A stretch of DNA of 64,000 bases from Octopus sinensis. Its lineage: Eukaryota. Position 1 is the stretch's first letter; each line of letters begins with the position of its first letter. Positions 40,136 through 51,197 of the stretch are shown here, piece after piece. The position numbers were made by a program, and so were the translations under genes. The stretch lies in assembly GCF_006345805.1 (NCBI RefSeq), contig NC_043001.1, positions 94,860,001-94,924,000 on the forward strand, given 5' to 3'. Below the pieces are notes generated by a model, which worked only from the letters and a program-made list of their open reading frames with translations, was not told where the DNA came from and ran no database searches.

Positions 40136-41311
40136 TATACCGAGACACAAACATAAGTGTATGTGAGTGCATGTGTGTGAAAGAGACAGAGAGAGCGAGG
40201 GGGAGAGAGAACGTGTGTTTTTAGTTTGTTATGGAATTGTATGCCCTCAAAGAGGTGTTGTTGCTGTATCTCCTTCGCCTTTCGCGAAACTTAGATTTTC
40301 TTTTTATATTTATAAATAACATTTTCCTTTTCTACTATTTTCTACTATTTCTCGTTCTACTATGAACTGTCTTGTTTGTTTGTTTTACTTGTGTTTGTTT
40401 CAGATATATTGTCCAAAATGTTACTACGAATTGCACCCAGACATATTTTCTTGGCATCTTGCTTACTCATATATGTCAAGCATAAATTACTTTAGGCAAA
40501 CAAGATTAATAACAACAACAGAATATATTCAGATAACCTGGCATGTGTTCTCTTTCGAAATTAAATACGTTCGTTAAATCAAGCTCCGTAAGGTACCAAT
40601 GTTTCATTATTTAGGAGTTTTCGGCAGTATTATTACCGATTCTCACATTATTTACGGTTTCTGTATAACCGACAACCATTCTGTGTTAAATATGTATACT
40701 TAATATGCAGTTGTGCGTACGTTTGTGTAAGCGTATGCAATAGTATGTTTGTGTGTATGTGTGTCTGTGTTTGTATGCACGCATGGTTTAACTTGTATGT
40801 TGAATGTATTCAATGTCAAATGTACACACTCAACGATGTGATAAACTTTCTCTCACTGTGTTGAAGGATACATACATGATGTTGTTTATACAGCTGTCGA
40901 AAACTTTCATCACACATTATATTTTGAATTTATATAATATATTTTGCTGCGTTTTCTCTATATAAAACCACATATTTATTTAGTTGAAACACTCATCTAA
41001 TGTCATGATACAGTTTGTTGATATTAATGTATCTTCGGACATATGCTGATCAAGTAAATTCTTAGTTAATTTCTGAGACATTTCTTGTCTTTATCTTTTA
41101 CTTTTTCTTGCCCACTTTTGGACTGTGGCGAAAATGCCATCGAATCTACCAGTAGTATGTTACCTCAGCTAAAATTGCTGCAACCATATTCCATTATCTG
41201 GTATTCATTGAAAATACCCGTTTTCACTTTATCTGGACGCCATGAAAGAGTATAAGGCAAAATACAGGAGTTCCTTGTTTTAGACATGTACGTACTATTA
41301 TATCATCATTC

Positions 41312-41426
41312 GTGAACATAAATAAATAGGATTAACAATTCCGATACACAAAAGAGATTTGAAGGATTTGTGAACATGAATAAATAGGATTAACAATTCC
41401 GACACACAAATATGTTTTGAAGGATT
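41312..41426. repeat. 58-bp tandem duplication
   Basis: GTGAACAT.AATAAATAGGATTAACAATTCCGA.ACACAAA at 41312 and 41370. Confidence 0.85.
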
Positions 41427-41980
41427 CAGAGAATTCTGCCAACATTTAATTTTTGGTTTCTTTCTGAAAATTTGTGATGTCTGCAGCATGCCTTTGCTGA
41501 TCTTGAGGAGGTCTCGTCTCCCTTCTGTCTTGTTACTTCATCACACATGCTGTAGCATGCTTTTGCCGGTATTGAGAAAGTTTCCTCTACCTTCTCACTT
41601 GAGAATGTATGCTGCTTATGAGTGTATCATATACCTCAATAAAATGTCAGAAATAGCTTTTGCGTACGCTGATGCTGAAGGTTATCACGACATAAAATCG
41701 AATTTATGTGTGGTTAACTCATATTCTACTAAATTAAAGTAAACCTCGTGATTATAGAAATGTGGATTCCTTTCAAAATCTGTTGCCTACAAGCGAAATG
41801 CTTCCTTTTCTAATAATAATTTAAAGGTTTGAAGATAGAGTTTAATGGTTTATTTAATTAATCTATCAATCAATTTCGTTATATTTGTCAAATGAAAGAC
41901 GTTTTTCGTCAGTTATCTGTTGTTTTTTTTATGTGCCATAAATCTTTCATATCTATCTATCTATCTATCTATCTATTTAT

Positions 41981-42022
<42 letters not shown>

Positions 42023-42078
42023 GCAGAGGCAAACACACCTACAGGCAAACACACCCAAACGCACAACTTATATATAAA

Positions 42079-42118
42079 TTAGCAGTGATACCCGGCGTTG
42101 CTCGGGATAAAAATGACA

Positions 42119-42120
<2 letters not shown>
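42079..42120 (-). mobile_element. Isolated Helitron 3' terminus
   Basis: Minus strand CCCGAGCAACGCCGGG hairpin followed by TATCACTG-CTAA|T (fits CTRR). Confidence 0.7.
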
Positions 42121-42152
<32 letters not shown>

Positions 42153-42177
42153 AGAGCTTACCAAAAAAAAATCAAAA

Positions 42178-42310
42178 GATGAAGACAGGTGGTGTACAAA
42201 ACAAACAGATGTATTAGTATAACGCCCAGGAATTGATAAAAGTCTTTTACGTTTCGGGCCTACGCTCTTCTACAGAAAGGGACACAGAAAAAAACAAGGA
42301 GAGAAAAAGA
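42178..42310 (-). mobile_element. Penelope-type terminal repeat fragment
   Basis: Reverse complement of the 19362-19466 family. Confidence 0.65.
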
Positions 42311-42529
42311 GAGTGTAGTGGCTACCGATCTACATGGCGACGCCTGATATATATATATATATATATTACATTCATGTTGAAACAGGTGATAGAGAAAAGT
42401 GGACCATTGGCGACATTACATTTGTGGAGTAAATGTTAAAGCTTTGCAAAATCGATAATCTGACTTCAGTCCACCAATATGGACAGAAGTATCATTTTTA
42501 TAAGAATAGGATGCATCATATCTGAAAGC

Positions 42530-42930
42530 AGCTCCTGGTACTGTGAAAAACGAATTTTTATGTGATCTGTTTCGCAAAGCTAGTCTATTGAACCTATACG
42601 TAATCTGGCGTGCTAAACTTTGTTTTAACGATACAGCATTAAGTTATTCAGCATGCCTTTGGAAAGTGTCATATCTCTTTTCTCTTGTGATTCTATTTGA
42701 TGAACTGCAGCATGCGTTAGGTGATCTTTGGATAGTGATATGTCCATTCGGTACTCAGATTTCATCTGATGCGCTGCATCATGTATTTTCTGATGTTATA
42801 TTGAGAAAGTCTCATGTTCCTTATCTCTTGAGACTCTTGCCTTCCGTTTTCTGCACTCCTTGCTTTATAGGTGTTTCTGAAGAGATTCGTTTTTTTTTCC
42901 TTTTGTGGCATAATGTTTTCAATATTTTAA
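42530..42930 (-). mobile_element. Decayed LINE RT fragment
   Basis: Minus-strand SETPIKQGVQK resembles the RT motif (I)K.GVRQG; remainder poorly conserved. Confidence 0.3.
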
Positions 42931-43662
42931 AGAAACAATTCTGCACATGGAAAAACTATACATTAATCTCTATTTTTGTACGCATTTGTGTGTATGCAGT
43001 ATATCTATAATTTTTTATGAAATACAAGTCAACCAAATATAAGCAATTTGTTAATAGTTTGCAACTTTGCAATTGCTGCGTCAATTATTAACTGCCAATA
43101 GACCGGTAGATGTGTAATTATATATATCTTGGATCGTCCAAGTAAGTGGTGTTTGTCAAATGTTTGTGTAGATTCACGTGTGTTTAATAACGTAGGTAAT
43201 CGGAGCGCAAACACATTCAGACACATTCATATAACAATACACACACATTCATATGAAAAAAAAAGTGACGATACTCATACATACACTCTCACATCGAGAC
43301 ACACACATACAGTAAGAGAGACACATACAAACATACATTCACGCATGTCAGTTGTTACACACATACACTCAAAATCACATAAACACATTCATATATGTGA
43401 CTTTGTCGTCGTTGTGGTTTGAAATGTTCTTTACTATCTTGAACACATCGAACCCGCAAACACACACACAATTGTGAAAGAATAAAACCGAAGCAATATT
43501 ACTAAACGGTCTTTGATAGAAGGAGAAATGTAAATAGTGTATTTAAATAAGGGGAGTACAGAAAATTTAAAATAAGTAATGTTGTAGAGAGAAAGTAGAA
43601 GTAGCGTGAACAGAAAGATATTTAGCCACGAGACAACTGAAGTACACTGAATTCGATTTTTA

Positions 43663-43668
43663 TAGATG

Positions 43669-43735
<67 letters not shown>
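43663..43735. repeat. (GATA)n(GA)n microsatellite
   Basis: Direct reading. Confidence 0.95.
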
Positions 43736-44546
43736 AGCGTGAGTGAGCGAAAGAAAGAGGTATCGGTATATATGAATGTGATGGAGAGAGAAAAGGAGAA
43801 AGAGAGAGCAAGAGAGAGTGGACAGAGAGAGGTTCGCTTGAAAAGTGCAGACGTCGAAAGAAGAGGATCGCTTGAAAATGGAACATGATTAGGAGACGAA
43901 ATTTTAATAAACAAACAAAAGCAAAGCATCACGACGACCAAAGTAGTAAAAACTTCTGAAATTTTAATAGGTTTTAAGAAATAGAACCATGTGAAACGGT
44001 CGAACACACGTAAACAATTTACAAAGGAAAAACTTCCTCAACAAGTTTCTTCGCAATTGCACAAATCCGTCCATATCTGTTGCGGAATGCATGGTTTGAC
44101 ATGGAACAGGCAAAACTGTATATAGACCATTCTAGAGTAGGAATTACCCAGAAACGACGGGATATGCCGCAAGTTTATATATATATATATAAAACATAGA
44201 TAGAGTTTAAACTTAAGTTGTTTCCTCTTGAAGCACGGCTGCATATTCCGCTACTCTGGAGTCGTATGAAACTAACTTACTTGTGCGTGATACAGTTAAG
44301 AATTACAAACGCTGGAAAATAATTGTTGTGTAATAATTATATATTTGAAAGGAGATTGGAACATATTTTTGAGGTTATTTATTCGCTATTACACATATTT
44401 CAAGAGGTACACAGTTTTACATGCATAAGAAATATGTAAGCTTTCTCCTACAAGAAATTGTAATTCAGATAATACGAAATTTACATTTAGGTGAAGTACA
44501 TATAAATATATATATATATATATATAAAGATATATATATATATATA

Positions 44547-44975
44547 TCTTTATATATATAAAACTGAGAATGTGTGTCTGTATGTCTGTCTGTGTGTTTC
44601 CCTAAAACCTGAGAACTACACAACCAATTTCATTCAAATTTTACACATGCCTTCCTTAGGGTCCGGGGACTGTCATCGGCAAAAAGAAAGTGTTCAACTT
44701 CTTGCCTAGAGCGAGCCCACAGCAATATCATATCTTCTCCACTACGATTCCCTAAAACTTGAGATCTACACAACCAATTCCATTCAAATTTTACACATGC
44801 CTTACTTAGTGTCCATGTAGTTTCGTGGGCCAAAATGTCCAACTTCTGGCCTAGAGCGAGCCCATAGCAATATCATATCTTCTCCACTATTTCAGTATTA
44901 CGTGTTAAAAGTGAAACAAAAACGTTTCTCTATTTTATATCAGATACTTTCGCTTTAACAATAAAAATGATAATA
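44547..44975 (+). mobile_element. Non-autonomous Helitron 5' portion with internal ~155-bp duplication
   Basis: A|TCTTTATATATATAAAACTG start, GTCT microsatellite, duplicated CCCTAAAAC.TGAGA.CTACACAACCAATT...CTTCTCCACTA at ~44600 and ~44751. Confidence 0.65.
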
Positions 44976-45181
44976 ACAATTGAATTATATGTAGTAAGTA
45001 ATAATTAAAATCAAACTAAAATATAATATAATCGTAACATAACAAAAGTAAAAATAGCCATTGGTATAAAATTGCATCAATGACTTGAACTCGAATATGT
45101 GGTTTCACATGAATGGGAATAAATTAAAAATAAAATTAGCGTGCAGAAATGGAATATTCCAGATGGATAATAAAAAATTAA

Positions 45182-45247
45182 AGAAAAGAAAAGATTCGTG
45201 TCTATAAAGTATACAATGTAGAGAATAAAGAAGATTTGATCCCATGG
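45182..45247 (+). pseudogene. Left fragment of an older Tx1-like ORF1
   Basis: Translates RKEKIRVYKVYNVENKEDLIPW versus EKKRIIYKTYN in the intact ORF1. Confidence 0.45.
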
Positions 45248-45466
45248 CTCCAAGCTATTTTTGCGTTTATTAGTAAGTTTGTATATTTTGCTCTCGTCGT
45301 ATTATCTCTGTTTTTCTGTATTGTTTGTCAACCGTTGTGTATATTACTGTTTAACTGTCAAAGTCAGCCTTCACGCGAGGACTTCACGTTGGTGTTCCCC
45401 CCTCTGTGGGGGAAAACTACAATTAATTTGGAATTTCCAAAGGCTTGTTATAGCCATTTGTTCAAG

Positions 45467-46603
45467 ATGGAGTCCCCCATCTCTTATTCGCCCGTGACGA
45501 GCTAGGACGAATACCCGGCGTTGTCGTCAGGAAAAAAAGAGGCGTTGTCGCCAAGAAAAAAAGAGGCGTTGTCGCCGAAGAAAAAAGAGGCGGCGTCGCC
45601 CAAGAAAATAGAAAAACCAGTACCAGCATCAACTCCAGCGAAAAAATTCGCTGAAGTAGCTGGGAAAAAGATTAAAACAATAAATGTTGAAAATCTGGAA
45701 AAATTTGCAGACAGTGTAAAGAAAGAGGGCACAGAGGTGACTGTGGTCACAAACATACAAAAACAAGACGATATAGAGAAGAAAAGAATTATATATAAAA
45801 CCTACAACACAGCAACAAGAATGATACAGAAAATCGAGGAAAAAAAAAAAGGGTTTTGTCTGAAACCGATAATGGACAAAATAACCTATATAAACAGAGG
45901 AAAAAGATACGGCACAGTGGAGGTGCGTTTTACCACTGAAGAGATAGCGAAAAAACTATCGATGGAGACGATCAAAGCAGAAAACATTGTTTTATTACCA
46001 TTATATAGAGGAAAGCGGACGTCAAAAATCACAATGAACAACATACCGCCAGAAGCAGATGCAGAATGTCTGGTGGCAGCAGTGATGGTAGGCCTGGAGG
46101 AAAAAATAAACATCCTCCAGGCCACAGTGGAAGAAGAGGAGTTCTGGAAAGGACAAAAAATAGGGATAGCCATTCAGGCGGAGGCACAAACACTGGAAGA
46201 AATTCGAGAAACGGTAAAAATCAGCGAAGATAAAAAAATAACAGTTTTCGTGGGGGGCAGGAAGCCGAGGTGCTTCGGCTGCGGCAAGAAGGGTCATGTA
46301 AGGGCGGAATGCCAACCCCAACCCAAACCGCAGGAAGCACCGAAGCCAAGAGAAAAAGAAGAAAATGTGTCACCAGAAGCAGCGTCGGACGGCCCAGAAG
46401 GGAAGACCGAAGGTGTGGAGGTGACGGTGACAGCAGAACCAGCGGCGGAGGAGAATAAGAGTGAGGAAAAGATAAATGAGGAGGGGTGGAAAAAAATTAC
46501 CGAAAAAAAAAAAAGAAAAACGGAAACCACCCCTCCCAGAATAATTTTAAAAAAAGAAAAGAGAGACAATGGACTCATATATGGCCGTAAAGGCAGCAAA
46601 TAG
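45467..46603 (+). pseudogene. LINE ORF1 (gag-like nucleic-acid-binding protein with zinc knuckle)
   Basis: ATG at 45467 in frame with the 360-aa ORF but stop TAG at 45503-45505; zinc knuckle CFGCGKKGHVRAEC (CX2CX4HX4C); basic N- and C-termini. Confidence 0.85.
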
Positions 46604-46847
46604 CAGACTAGGAAACGTGTTGGCTGCTATGGCCATAGTGGAGAAAGTGGAAAAGAAAAATGACTTTGTAATCTACAGAATAGGCCGGAAGGATTACGGG
46701 CGGATAAAATCCGAATTCTTCCACGACGTAGGCCCACTTAGATTGGATGTGACATTTCCACATATATTCGAGGGCCTACGTCGGACTCCCCCACGAGGCC
46801 CAGAAAGAGAGTTAGAAGAACAAGAGAAAACCGAACCACTGATATAA
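46569..46847 (+). other. 92-aa ORF between ORF1 and ORF2 (frameshifted ORF1 C-terminus or separate ORF)
   Basis: Uninterrupted frame MDSYMAVKAANSRLGNV..., +1 relative to ORF1, overlapping its last 35 nt and ending 8 nt before the ORF2 ATG. Confidence 0.5.
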
Positions 46848-46855
46848 AGGTAAGT

Positions 46856-49414
46856 ATGGATTACATTTATGTTGGTTGTTTGAATGTGCGCGGCCTGGGA
46901 GCAGGCTGGAAGCAAGGTCGCTTCCTGCATGATATCAGGTCGCGTAATTTAGATGTTATTGTTGCTACAGAAACCCGGTTAGAGGGGCCAAGAGGTCTGC
47001 TCCCGCTGTTTGACGGCTACGAGAGTTTTTTTCTCTCCTGGCAGTCCTACTGGCGGAAGTGGGGTGTTGGTCCTAATAAAAAGAAACCGGGTTTCTGAGA
47101 AAAAGTTAATTTTTGCAGATCCAGAAGGTAGGCTGGTCGTCATGGATTTGACGTTCAGTAATGGTAAAGTTATCAGACTGGTTGCAATTTACGCACCCAA
47201 CCATACAGGGCAAAGTGATTATTTTCGTGAACTAGAAAACTTTCTTGGTACTTCGCATTCATTAGTTGTGCTAGGAGACTTTAACACAATTTGCAAAGCG
47301 GATGTAGATTGTGTTGGCTTGCGTCCAGATAGAAAAGGTAACAGTGGCTTCATGGAACTGCTCAGCCGCGTTGAGCTAGCAGATCCTTATAGGCTGGAAT
47401 TTCCGAACCCTCCATTGTGGACATGGTCAAACAGCGACGGATCTTCCAGGTCATATTTAGATAGAATACTAATTAGAAAAGTAGACAGTAAAATAGCTAA
47501 GTGTCCACAGTTTTACCCGATCAGCTACAGTGATCATAAAATGGTCACTTGTAAGCTTGACATAGATAAGGTTAAACATAGAGGATCCGGTTACTGGAAA
47601 CTTAATACGTCCCTTTTGGCGATTAAGGAGTACAAAGACCGGATTAGGGACATAATTCAGAGGGCACTATCTGGTACCATCATTAATAACAAATGGTGGT
47701 ACGCCCTCAAAACGAGCCATCAAGTTTGAGTCTATTAGATATAGCATAGGAGTAGTGGCTAGAGAGGCTAGAAGGGAAACTACTCTAGTTAAGGAATTAG
47801 AGGAAGCCATGAAAACTGGCTCTGCGGCTCAGGTGGCGTCCAAGAGACTGGTGTTAAACCAGCACCTCGAGTCCAAACACATGGGCTGCATTGTCAGGGC
47901 TAGAATCCGCCATATGGGATGTGAAGGAATCAACGCCGTGAGATGGACCCGAGTGGTAGAAGCACAGCATGGTAACGATGCCACGATTCGATCTTTGACG
48001 AACCAACAAGGTGAGTTGATAAACGAACCCGAGGAGATGTGTGAGGCCTTTCAGGAGCACTTCGCTCAGCTTTTCGGTGAGTGCGGCGGACTGGATAGGA
48101 AGAGGGCCTTTACGGACCTACTCGACGGGCTGCCGCGCTTATCGGGGCGAGATACGGAGGGCTGTGAAGGACCAATCACGCCTGAGGAGGTGGTTGAGGC
48201 AATGGCGGACTGCGGCGCCGGGTTTGGATGGTCTACCCTATGAGTTATATAAGAGTATGCCAAACTTGTTCGGGCACCTACTGGCGGAGGTCTATGCGAA
48301 CTGGCAGCAGAATGGGCTTATACCCAGATCTGTGCGCCGGGGAGTAGTGACTCTCGTCAGAAAGGACCCGAGCAAGGGGGAGTGCATTGATAATTTCAGG
48401 CCCATCACTCTGCTAAACACAGAGTTGAAGATTTTGGCCAAAGTGTTATCGAAAAGATTGGCGCGTGTCGCGGATGCTCTTCTACTTCTTGTGGAAGGGC
48501 GGGAAACCACTTGTGAAACGCTCTACTTGCTGTCAACAACTGTTAAAGGGTGGGCTAGGGATGCCTTGGCTGATGATGCGCAGACATGCGCTGAGGTTAA
48601 GACATCTGTGGCTCTACCTGGATGGTGAACGGGTGTGGTCTCCGCTAGCAAAACTGATGTTTCCCAAGTTCACTAGTTTCGGCGGATGGGAAACCTGGCT
48701 GAATCGTAGATCGAAACTTGGTAATGGTACACGGAGTGTCGCAAGGCTCTCCTGCTATTCTGTCGCTCGGTCAACGCCTGCGGTGGGGGTTCCACCACAT
48801 TCTTCTATAGAGGGTTGGTAGAGGCGGAATGTGAAGATACCTTGGGGGAAACCCTAGGTCTCGACGATAATCAGCTGGCCAGTCTGTTCCGACGTACGTT
48901 CAAGCCGAGGACACTGGACAACTTCCAGAAGTCTCTGGCATGGCAATGCTACAGAGGAGCTCTACCTGTTCGGGATAAACTCGCAAGGCACGGTGGCCAA
49001 GACAGTCCGATATGTCCAAGATGCGGGCGGGATAGGGAAACCGTCCGGCACGCTATTCTTCATTGTCCGGACGTGTCTGAGGTGTGGGTTTATGCCGAAC
49101 AGCTGTTGTCAGGTACACGAAGAGTACAGCTGTCGACTGAGTCGATTACAAAAATTGACCCACCGGATTTCCTCGTGGATGAAGGTAAGTTTCGTTTTCT
49201 CGTTGTAGTAGCAATTGCGAAAGAAGTGATATGGAAGACGAGAATGAAAGGTCTACAGTCAGACAAGTACATCTCCGGCCCTAGTTTGATGAATTATTTC
49301 ATCTTTCACCTGAAAAGGAAGATAGGGCTGGAGAGAATATGCCTGACTAGGAGAGAGTATGAAGAACGATGGAAAGTTGTAGCACGAAAGTTGCGAGTGA
49401 ATGATACAACATAA
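46856..49414 (+). pseudogene. LINE ORF2 (APE endonuclease, truncated RT, C-terminal cysteine-rich domain)
   Basis: CLNVRGL, ATETR, LGDFN, SYLDRIL, SDHKMV (APE); GSGYWKLNTSLL; APGLDGLPYELY, NFRPITLLNTELKILAKVLSKRL (RT N-term); LFYFLWKG...GGLGMP; CPRCGRDRETVRHAILHC. Frameshifts near 47030, 47710, 48215 and 48720; no YADD motif present. Confidence 0.9.
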
Positions 49415-49662
49415 ATGTAAGACCAAGCGTAACCAAAAGTATCAGTGGGGAGGCGGGGCTCGTGGGGTCCGAGCTAAACCCGCACCCACTCCACCCGTAA
49501 TGTCTTCCGGTCTGTTACATTATTCGATTTCTGTCCATTTATTGTAATTTCATGAAAATTTTTAAATTCGTTTTATTGTAAAAACCCATTCGTGTGTCTG
49601 ACCCCATCATCAGATTGTATTGTCCCATCTATGTTCGCCCCTTGTGGGTAATAATAAAATAA

Positions 49663-49920
49663 CATGGAGGAAAGCACCTTCGAAAAGTGTATTGGTGCGA
49701 CTAATGAGAGGCGGTAAATTCGCCACAATAGAAGCAAGGTTCGAATCAACAGAGCGTGCAAGGGAGTACTCGACTCGAACTTGCAAAGTGGGAATATTTT
49801 ATTTTTACCTTCATATCTGGGACGTAGGACGTCCCGGAGAAAAAATTAAAATCCATCCCCCCCAGAAGAGGAGGTAGGCTGGATTGTAGCCGCACATCTA
49901 TCGAAATTGCAAGAGACGGG
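49663..49920 (+). pseudogene. Right fragment of an older Tx1-like ORF1
   Basis: RGGKFATIEARFESTERAREYSTRTCK vs RGKRYGTVEVRFTTEEIAKKLSMETIK; after a frameshift, PPEEEVGWIVAA vs PPEADAECLVAA. Confidence 0.75.
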
Positions 49921-50069
49921 CTAACAATTCCAGTCTGTTATATATTTTGAGTATTGTTATCACTAGCGATATCAAGATATAACTTTGTATTTTGCATTTT
50001 ATGTGTAGATGTATATATATATAGATGTACATGTAATATGTACACATATATATACACATATATACATGC

Positions 50070-50111
50070 ACTAGCACTCTGACCCGGCAACGAGGGGGTC
50101 TTTAATACTAG
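50070..50111 (+). mobile_element. Helitron 3' terminus
   Basis: GACCCGGCAACGAGGGGGTC hairpin (50081-50100), 7 nt, CTAG|T (50108-50112). Confidence 0.6.
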
Positions 50112-50280
50112 TATATATATATATATATATATATAAACGCTTATGCATGTATATATAATACATATTTGCTTCATTCATGAGATGCAAATAATGCAAGAGG
50201 TGGCGGAAGTCATACAATGACTTAAAGACATATACACACACATAGATACATGCATGCACACGCATACACGCACATATATG

Positions 50281-50324
<44 letters not shown>

Positions 50325-50325
<1 letters not shown>

Positions 50326-50530
50326 GTGTCTGTGTTTTGTAACTCCACCATCGTTTGACTAGCAATGTTGGTGTAATTAAGTCTCTGTAACTTAATTACA
50401 CCAACAAATTACAACGGCAAAATAAACCGTTAGGCTTACAAAGAATATGTCCTGGTGTCAATTTGTTCGACTAAAGGCGGTGCTCCAGCATGGCTGCAGT
50501 CAAATGACAAAAACAAGTAAGAGTATAAAA
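50325..50530 (+). mobile_element. SINE family B, 3' half
   Basis: Ends TAAAGGCGGTGCTCCAGCATGGCTGCAGTCAAATGAC like the 29656 copy. Confidence 0.75.
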
Positions 50531-51197
50531 GGATAAATAGCTGCAAAACTACAATTCAGCAGTATCTGTGCTCGGCACGCCATCGGGTGAGTGGGTTTGA
50601 AAGCACTACGAGAAGAGGTTCCTTTTCCCATTGTTTCATACACTTTTGTATTATCAGTATTTTCTCTTTAAAGTTTGGATTGTAGATTCAAATAGACAAA
50701 GATATAAAAATACGAAAACAATTTAGAAATAAAATATTACATATATATTTTACAAAACAAATATTCAAAATTTGTTAGTGGAAAACTATCGTAAGTATAA
50801 AACATATATAAAACTTAAATGCTGTCTGTTTTTTCTTTTTTATATTTTTTGTCTGTACCTTTCCTATGAAGATGTCTAACACTGATATATCACGATATAG
50901 ACTATAGGAATCCGTTGAATAGCTCATGGCGTATATTTACACGCTTTACGGTAGTTTAGTTGTTTTCTGTTGTGATTGTGATGAAATCTTGTTCCCTCCA
51001 TATTCTGTAAATTCTTAATCACATTCTACCTATATTAAGAGAGTTCTACTTATATATCCAGTAAAATAAATAACCCAGCTGTATGATGGCATGTTGTAGT
51101 CGACAACTGTATAGCAAATGCGAAATGAACGTTATGAGGTTATTCCCCAGATGATATTTTATACGTGTATACGTGTGTGTGTCTGTGTTTCTGTGTG

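Larger units (their letters stand above)
45248..49662 (+). mobile_element. Tx1/L1-clade non-LTR retrotransposon, near full length, internally deleted
   Basis: 5'UTR, CCHC ORF1, APE endonuclease, RT N-terminus, C-terminal zinc-binding motif, 3'UTR ending AATAATAAAATAA; candidate 5-bp TSD CATGG (45243-45247 / 49663-49667); ends are inferred. Confidence 0.9.

Noticed and set aside
40404-40577. Terminal or signal-peptide exon (CPKC motif; MLLRIAPRHIFLASCLL)
   Set aside because: All frames stop within 60 codons with no convincing donor; unsupported.
44980-45247. Alternative idea that the LINE inserted into a SINE A copy, explaining the shared tail
   Set aside because: No SINE A head or core is visible upstream of the LINE 5' end; the left flank looks like old ORF1 instead.
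45502-46930. Minus-strand ORFs overlapping LINE ORF1 as a second gene
   Set aside because: They are antisense shadows of a purine-rich coding strand with no recognisable motifs.
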